Shown here: piece after piece, positions 58,801 through 64,000 of the stretch | Numbering within the stretch: position 1 is the stretch's first letter | Layout of the letters: each line of letters starts with the position of its first letter | DNA from: a virus | Virus record (IMG/VR): IMGVR_UViG_3300025150_000006 | Span: 41,231 to 105,230 of that record | Strand: one strand, 5' to 3' | DNA length: 64,000 nucleotides | The notes under the pieces: model-generated | The model's database searches: none | What the model saw: only the letters and a program-made list of their open reading frames with translations | What the model was told of the DNA's origin: nothing | Program-made: the position numbers and the translations under genes

Positions 58801-58842
58801 CCGGACGGGCTCTACGTTGGCCTTGGCTGTCTTGGTGGTCAT
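55834..58842 (-). CDS. Modular ~1000-aa protein with N-terminal C39-like cysteine peptidase domain
   Basis: VRQRTQYSC (Q, C), GVPVMIAW, SHASVV (H), YVADP (D); start revised to MTTKTA (GGAG RBS). Confidence 0.82.
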   Translation of the reverse strand: MTTKTAKANVEPVRQRTQYSCMASSLAMCLRALDHDVTEDEVNNVMGARPMKGAAWEQALATAQHYGCRATLTMPATVEQLKAWTDRGVPVMIAWNPEGRDWSHASVVFDVDDDLNVYVADPNIPNPKETVRVVSEDDFYHKWFEKFPDYLVRRPACAIEREVTPEGAQVAPTKTASVKTAGVDRQASQWERRQLERAAPSQRRLLREWEALDRPPKAPRVKKPPAVKVVVDSAIAEKLRILKDLATKVTGADQALIHRAIGTYEKGSKPSDDDLKAIRNKLYQNRMKSEADHFRMASGTDDMCVSVKRLRSGDVVVNAGPHCAQSAMRLLERAGWDKRLIQNVAGSWILAKELVPSIDVLMKALAGVDAVLLKTATKSSKWDRVRPSPFGWATPAANIDGTIPIPWRVAHARVALTWLKSEFPQNKDIVTDYHQEYRGRMSIWVGLRDNRDRRAHAARLTEMVASLRKRGFPVILDQDHRYFLLVDDLDKNVLRGKFAKGKGTKPSEKEHAVRDPFSRARAEQGGGGQGRHRNKEDYARGHARRPKHKNQEREAVTRLAHGFLRMAIHTRIAVIEWHRAAQKLLDENKGMTQDDLHYRGYLRAILSGDQAASAHFAKQFKGSQRARVDLIDLAGKGKFGAYKHTASVSGEEEYFLASDGQWYLEYTLYAENENEDEDDGYSDDEGETTYYGPFSSEKEAHEYQRRNLSNTGAFSVDKSGRRKPPRKPTRRRGAYSGNPDGKPIYDVKVDHGEHQALSGGTDVMKRLQDRYRVEQGHPPRDGNPQLNNETAPAHTASVPEMILKGRFLKVNQAFADNIQKMYRGSILKGSPRGGFTLIHPESDANPEFDGNSNYDFYFRPSQDGMWDVGYTPGYLSLLQKDGDKMRAKTTRMAAMVGKIDRKTRTEANRELVRAGLDGNGRFRKPEHAYSKAIDVIGNYGIELDDIVSSHLFQARPSGTIVVHLAFSNDEDPFSPMSIGNSTLYLQFTELSPGKFEAVAYLS

Positions 58843-58861
58843 CGGGTGCTCCGAAGGAACA

Positions 58862-60250
58862 TCAGTAAGACTCTTCATAGTCTTGTGGTTCCGCATCAAA
58901 TGAAATGTTGGCATCCACCCAGATTAGCAGTCCCTTGGAACTGGGCTTGAATTCGACCTTCACCGGTTTGAACTGGTTGACGGTGTAAACCACACTCCAA
59001 CCCTGTTCGTTGCCCTCTTGAGCCACTTCTGACAACTCATTCTCTAGGTTATCGAGCAATGCTCGGACCTCACCAGGATTCTTGGTGGCTTTCCACACCA
59101 TGCCACGGATCAGCATCCCCAATCTGTTCACTGCGGCCTTGTTGCCGAGCAAGTCCGTTGTTGCTTGCAAAAAACCCTTTGGATCTCGAATGTGCTCACG
59201 GAAGAAACTCACCAATGCCCTTGGCAGCAAACGGAGGTTGAGTTCATAGCCGATCTTGGCCTGGAAACTATCGGTCACTTCCACGGACTGGGACTTCGTA
59301 CTGGGACCTCTGTCATAGGTCTCTGTCCACTCTGCCCAGGTGACCTTCGGAGTCATGTAATCCAGCAGTTCTGCGTAGTCCCAGAAACCCCAGAGTTCCT
59401 CATTGGCTGCATCCACAGATGCAGCCCTGATGAATCGGTCCCAGTTCTTCACATAGGGCCGATGCCCTGCCAAAAGTTGAGCCAGGATGGTTTGAATCCC
59501 CCCCGCCGACTTTTGGGTGGCTTGGATGTACCTGTGGGCAACCCGTGTGATACTGTTGGCCCAGCGACTTCCGTAGTCGTCATCGGGAGGTGGGGTGATA
59601 CCCCCTGACCCCATCAGGGCCTCACCATCGATCCACACCAGGAGTCCGGTCGGAGTAGCCTTGGACATCCCACGGGCTGGGATGACTTTGCTGATGTTGT
59701 AGGTTACCTGCCACGGCTTTGATGCCGTCTCGGCCTCTTTGACAATGTCATCATAGGCGTAGGCGACCGAATCATAGGTGTTCGACTTGATGTAGGCCGG
59801 CAGCACCGTCCGCAGCATCTTGCCGAAGAGAGCCACAGTCCCGGAGTCCTCGAACATCCGCTGGGTCGCTGTGAAGAACCCCCGCAGGTCCTTGACGTGG
59901 GCACGGTAGATTGCCGTGAACTGCCGTGGGAAAGTTCGCATACTCAGGTCCGCTTGAAGGCGGAGAGACACTGAGGTCGCGACCTCAGCGTAACCTTCCT
60001 CATACTCCGGGGGAGAGTTGCGACCACCATAGGTCTGCTTGCCTTCCCACCCCTTCTCTGTCGTGTCCTTAACCTGCAACTTGGAGGCAACCAAGTCCAC
60101 GTTCCAGGTGGAAGGCCAGGTTAAAATGTCGGAAGCCAGGACGTGGATGAATCGGATGTAGTCCTTCACGAACTGCTGATGACCAGCGAACACCTGGACA
60201 AGAACCGCTCGGAGATTGGCGGCCTGCTTCTGCTGGGACATTTTGTACAT
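58862..60250 (-). CDS. Hypothetical protein made of two tandem homologous ~200-aa domains
   Basis: LVQVFAGHQQFVKDYIRFI versus LAQLLAGHRPYVKNWDRFI; TPTGLLVWID versus SSKGLLIWVD; GGAGG RBS before ATG at 60250. Confidence 0.82.
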   Translation of the reverse strand: MYKMSQQKQAANLRAVLVQVFAGHQQFVKDYIRFIHVLASDILTWPSTWNVDLVASKLQVKDTTEKGWEGKQTYGGRNSPPEYEEGYAEVATSVSLRLQADLSMRTFPRQFTAIYRAHVKDLRGFFTATQRMFEDSGTVALFGKMLRTVLPAYIKSNTYDSVAYAYDDIVKEAETASKPWQVTYNISKVIPARGMSKATPTGLLVWIDGEALMGSGGITPPPDDDYGSRWANSITRVAHRYIQATQKSAGGIQTILAQLLAGHRPYVKNWDRFIRAASVDAANEELWGFWDYAELLDYMTPKVTWAEWTETYDRGPSTKSQSVEVTDSFQAKIGYELNLRLLPRALVSFFREHIRDPKGFLQATTDLLGNKAAVNRLGMLIRGMVWKATKNPGEVRALLDNLENELSEVAQEGNEQGWSVVYTVNQFKPVKVEFKPSSKGLLIWVDANISFDAEPQDYEESY

Positions 60251-60298
60251 GAGGGTCCTCCATGTGAACGCCACTCGTTCGTCTACTGAATGGTTCTC

Positions 60299-60310
60299 AT
60301 AGGAGGATCA
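60299..60310 (-). promoter_or_regulatory. Candidate late promoter TRNT-N4-CTAT
   Basis: TGATcctcCTAT ~49 nt upstream of 60250. Confidence 0.5.
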
Positions 60311-60371
60311 ACGCCGCTGTTCGGTCGGTAGGATGTATAGCGCTTAGCGCTATTTCCGATGAGGGAAACCG

Positions 60372-60635
60372 ATGACTTACGACCAGTTGATCGCCGATGT
60401 GGCCAAACGAACGGGCCTACATACGGAGGTCGTCCGCCGGGTGCTGTTCCACCTGCCGGATTCTCTCATCCAGATGGATGTGGGCGACGTGGTGCGAACA
60501 CCACTCGGGGTGTTCAGGATGACCCAGACCGAGCAACGGAAGATCCTGCTTCCTGACCAGGAAAGCATTGCCAACGTGCCATCAAAGACCACGGTGAAGT
60601 TGCGGTCCGGCTCACGCCTCAAGCTCGAAGACTAG
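60372..60635 (+). CDS. HU/IHF-like DNA-binding protein
   Basis: MTYDQLIADVAKRTGL...LGVF...R...VP.K..VKL; 87 aa. Confidence 0.85.
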   Translation: MTYDQLIADVAKRTGLHTEVVRRVLFHLPDSLIQMDVGDVVRTPLGVFRMTQTEQRKILLPDQESIANVPSKTTVKLRSGSRLKLED

Positions 60636-60904
60636 GCAGCCCCTGGCGGACCGAAAATCACTGGCTGAGACAATATCTCGTCAGCCGCCTCTAGGCCCAC
60701 ATCCAGACCGAGACTGGTCCCATCCAACAACCCGTCTCCGTACCCCGATCGCCTCCCCATCTCCATCCCGAGTTCCAGTGCGGCACGGGGGTCGAGGGGG
60801 ATGACAAGGGACAGAGGCACCGTGGCTTTCCGCCCGATGACCTCGAAGAACCGCCGTTTCACGGTCTCTTTGTAGTTGGCGAGAATCTGGGCTGAGCTAC
60901 GCAT
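60632..60904 (-). CDS. Hypothetical protein
   Basis: GGAGG upstream; GxxxG repeats. Confidence 0.6.
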   Translation of the reverse strand: MRSSAQILANYKETVKRRFFEVIGRKATVPLSLVIPLDPRAALELGMEMGRRSGYGDGLLDGTSLGLDVGLEAADEILSQPVIFGPPGAA

Positions 60905-60954
60905 CTTCTAGGTCCTCCACATCACCTACCCCTGACTGAGGTAGACGAAGCCCC

Positions 60955-61368
60955 CTAATTCTGGTCGGCCATCATCGCGAGCACTTCTGCCACGGCACCC
61001 GGAGTCATCTTCTCCAGTGCCCGAGTGATGACGTGTGTGGCATAGCCCTGAAGTTCCGTCTCCACCCGGACCTTCTCCTCAGCGGAAGCCTCCTTGTAGC
61101 GGGCGAGGAACCCCTTCTCCTTGGTCTCCGCGATGAGAGCACACATGAATGTCTCGCGCCGGATAGCCTCGGTCAGCAGGGCATGGGCAACCTGTGGTGC
61201 TCCTCCCTGTCGAAGACCCTGGGCAACGCTCATGTCAGCGGGGGTGGCGAAGTCGTGGTCGGACCAGACGTTGCCATGCTCGTCCTGGCAGACGTTCACC
61301 TGCAACCGGAAGGCCGAGTAGGTGGGATGGGTGCCAGGCACCCATGGCTTCTCAGGGGATCTGCTCAT
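60955..61368 (-). CDS. Hypothetical protein
   Basis: Start revised to MSRSPEK. Confidence 0.65.
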   Translation of the reverse strand: MSRSPEKPWVPGTHPTYSAFRLQVNVCQDEHGNVWSDHDFATPADMSVAQGLRQGGAPQVAHALLTEAIRRETFMCALIAETKEKGFLARYKEASAEEKVRVETELQGYATHVITRALEKMTPGAVAEVLAMMADQN

Positions 61369-61507
61369 TTGCTTGTTCCTGCATCGCATGGCCGAGCCTC
61401 GTACAGGCCCGGCCAACCAGCCAGAAGGGCAGGTAGATGAGCAGACCCACCAGAACGGAGGATCCGATCACCATCATCCCGCCTACAATGAGTGCTACTG
61501 CTTCCAT
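61352..61507 (-). CDS. Small membrane protein (51 aa)
   Basis: Manual translation MEAVALIVGGMMVIGSSVLVGLLIYLPFWLVGRAC...; fills the gap after groEL. Confidence 0.55.
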   Translation of the reverse strand: MEAVALIVGGMMVIGSSVLVGLLIYLPFWLVGRACTRLGHAMQEQANEQIP

Positions 61508-61522
61508 ACCCCTACTACGGAG

Positions 61523-63158
61523 CTACCGGCGAGTTTGAGCCTTCGGCAGCTCTGAAACAGAAGCCTCTGAGGTGATCAGAGCCGAAGCCGAAGAGGCTGC
61601 TGACTCAATGACCGTGACCACCACTCGGACAGGGTCAATGACGGTGCCGTCTTCCTCGAAGTCCCTGACCTCATTCTTGATGGCATCCCAGCCCACCCAG
61701 GAGTCATCGGAAGGGCGGTCTTCCAACATCTTCTCGACCCGGTACTGCCCATTGAACCCTGCGTTGGTGGCAAGGGTCGCCAAGGGAGCGAGTAGGGCCT
61801 GCTCCATCACCTTCCATCCCGCCTCAATGGCAGGGTCCTGCCCCGGTGGGCACTGACCCAGGATCATCTGGTAGGCTGCGAGGTAGGCCGTCCCACCACC
61901 GGGGACAATACCCTCCTCCAGAGCCGCCTGCACCGCACCCAGGGCGTCCTCGACCCGAGCCCGCTTCTCTTTCAGCTCGATCTCGGTGAACGCCCCGATC
62001 TGCATGATGCACAGACCACCTTCCAACACCGCCATCCGCTCGTTGAGCCTGTCGGTGTCGAACTGGCTGGTCGTGTGCTGGTACTGCGCCTTGATGGACG
62101 CAATGCGGTCCTGGATGACCTCACTGGCCTCATCATAGGCCACGAGGGTGGTTTTCTTCGCCTCGGTTCGGACAGTCCGCAGCCCGCCGAACCACTCTCG
62201 ATTCCAGGTCTTCCAGTTCATCGCCTGAGCGGGATCTACCAGATCAGCCCCCGCGAGGGCAGCGATGTCGCCGAGGTAGTCCTTCTTGCGGTCGAAGTTG
62301 CCGGGAGCAACGATAGCGGTGAACTCGAAGTTGTTGGTCGTGGAGGAGTCGTTCATCACCATCGTCTTGAGAGCTTCCCCGCTGATGTTCTCGCAGAACA
62401 GCACGAGGGGACGGCCTCCGAAGGTCGTGGCCTCTTCACAGAGGTCGAGCACATCCTCAACCGTGGTCAGTGAGGCAGCGATGACTGCAACGAGGGGGCC
62501 ATCGAACACCCGCTCGTTCTGGTTCTTCAGGAAGTGCATCGACGCCACTCCCCGGTCGATCTCCATCCCCTCCTTGAACAGGAGGACCGTCTCGACCCCG
62601 TTACCATCCTCGATGCTGACCGTGCCATTCTTGCCCACCGCCATCACTGCCTCGGCCAGGTTGGCTGCAACCTCGGCGTCTCCGTTCGAGGCGATCAAAG
62701 CGACCTTCTCCAGTTGGGCCTGGGTCTCGATGGGCAGGCTCAGTCGAGTGTGGATGGCTTCCACCGCAGCCTGTGCGGCCAACTGGATGCCCCTGGCCAT
62801 CAGGACCGGGTTGTGGCCACCCTCGACGAGCTTGATGGCCTCGGTGAGGATGGCCACAGAGACACACGCTGCCGTGGTGGTCCCGTCTCCGGCCATGTCG
62901 TTGACCCGGATACAGGCCTCCCCGGATACAGGCCTCCTTGAGTGCCTGACAGGCCATGTTCTCGACGGCATCAGAGAGGTGGATCTCTCGGGCAACGGTC
63001 ACACCGTCCTTGGTCACGAGGAGCCCCGCGGCTCGGTCCAGGACGACGTTGCGACCTTGTGGCCCATAGGTGACGCAGACGGTCTTGGAGAACGTCTGTG
63101 CACCCTTGAGCAGGCGTTGGCGGTTGTCAGCTCCGAAGAGGATCAGGCGGGGGTTCAT
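61523..63158 (-). pseudogene. groEL: GroEL-like chaperonin, frameshifted by a 16-bp tandem duplication (possibly an assembly artefact)
   Basis: TYGPQGRNV and TKDGVTVA lie in one frame; AGDGTTT, EGM.IDRG and GIVPGGG lie in another. CCCGGATACAGGCCTC is duplicated at 62905-62936, and removing one copy restores 539 aa. Confidence 0.85.
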
Positions 63159-63207
63159 GCAGGCAGCTCCTTGTCGCTGCCTATGCTACCCACCGAACCC
63201 CGGAGTG

Positions 63208-64000
63208 CTACCCCCAGATCGCCTTGAACGGGATCGCGTGCTCATCGGGGAGCACCCCGGCCGCCTGGAGCTTGAGGGCTTCACAGAAGTGCTCCTCGTA
63301 GGAGGTCGCAGCGTAGGCGGTGGGGAAATTGCGGCTGCGCTTGAGTTGTTCCCGCAGGATGGTGAACGCCTTGTACCGAGGGATTTGGTACATCGTAGGC
63401 TTCCCCCGTGACTTGCCCTCAAAGTAGAGGTTCGCCCCGTCGTCCTTCACCACGATAGGGTCGCCCTTAACGCCAGGCACCTTCGTCCCCGGAAACGGCT
63501 CGCCGACCGTGGGGATGTGGATCTCGTCACGCGGCACCTCATTGTTCTCGACCGCACGGTGATGCTCGACCCAAGCCTTCTTCTGGGCAGTTCCCGCGAA
63601 CTTCGCCCAATAGCGGTGGCCCAACTCATGAACGATCGACCGTGCCTCCTCCATCCCGGTTTTCGTGCGGAGGTACAGGCTGTCGTCGCCGGGGTGATAC
63701 CAGGCCGCGTGGTGGGCCTGGGTGATGCGGTTGACAACGTGGATGTCGCCGTAGAGGACGCGGGAGAACCCTGGCACCGGGTTCTTGCGGGCCATTTTCT
63801 CGGCTGCTGCTACCGTCTTCTTGAGGCCCTCTAACTCCGCCCCAGCCGCCCCTATGGTGTTGTGGACACGGAATGAACCCACGCTGAACAGCTCGTCGCC
63901 GCCCTCGGTCTTCTCAGGCCACTTGTTCGCTGCGGCAATGATGAGCAGGAGCCGCTTCTGATTCTTGTCCCACCAGTTGAACGCATCCTTTGGCATCCTC
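63208..64000 (-). CDS. Zincin-like metallopeptidase domain protein (probably 5'-truncated by the window edge)
   Basis: IVHELGH plus downstream YAATSYEEHFCEA; the frame is open to the window end. Confidence 0.72.
   Translation of the reverse strand, partial: RMPKDAFNWWDKNQKRLLLIIAAANKWPEKTEGGDELFSVGSFRVHNTIGAAGAELEGLKKTVAAAEKMARKNPVPGFSRVLYGDIHVVNRITQAHHAAWYHPGDDSLYLRTKTGMEEARSIVHELGHRYWAKFAGTAQKKAWVEHHRAVENNEVPRDEIHIPTVGEPFPGTKVPGVKGDPIVVKDDGANLYFEGKSRGKPTMYQIPRYKAFTILREQLKRSRNFPTAYAATSYEEHFCEALKLQAAGVLPDEHAIPFKAIWG

Noticed and set aside
61523-63158. Two separate genes 61523..62995 and 62601..63158, or a programmed ribosomal frameshift
   Set aside because: Both are parts of one groEL; the shift is fully explained by the 16-bp duplication and no slippery heptamer is apparent.
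1-64000. Bacterial chromosome origin suggested by recA, dnaX, groEL, nusG and HU
   Set aside because: These genes are divergent and interleaved with terminase, portal and virion genes, with no ordinary metabolic operons. Host taxon and prophage status cannot be determined from this window.
1-64000. Alternative genetic code (stop-codon reassignment)
   Set aside because: Genes are full length under the standard code, and TAG, TGA and TAA all serve as stops.

Overview
This 64-kb window is a GC-rich, gene-dense segment of a large tailed dsDNA phage (jumbo-phage-like). Nearly all genes are on the minus strand. From left to right: (i) a head/packaging module with a partial portal, a large terminase carrying two inteins, and several virion-type proteins (1-16.8 kb). 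(ii) A transcription, replication and recombination block (16.9-43.5 kb): tandem sigma-4 HTH protein, NusG-like factor, DnaX plus delta- and delta-prime-like subunits and a beta-clamp-like protein, Toprim primase, SbcC split into two genes plus SbcD, PD-(D/E)XK nuclease, RecA, RuvC-like resolvase, SSB-like and UvsY-like proteins, RecD2, and a class II ribonucleotide reductase with two inteins. (iii) An ~860-bp non-coding gap with a dense GAGAAT repeat array (candidate origin), then sigma-like genes. (iv) A SNF2 helicase with an intein and three large modular proteins. (v) HU, a GroEL gene interrupted by a 16-bp tandem duplication, and a partial zincin protein. The most striking unexplained signal is that many virion-module proteins share an R-[VL]-[AT]-x-R-[YFW] motif and are punctuated at domain boundaries by [KR]-x-A-[AGS]. 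This suggests a capsid-targeting and proteolytic-processing polyprotein cargo system. Six inteins are present (two with non-nucleophilic first residues and the class 3 WCT signature), and two candidate phage promoter motifs largely partition by gene class. All calls come from motif reading only; no database searches were run. No CRISPR array, tRNA or rRNA was seen.
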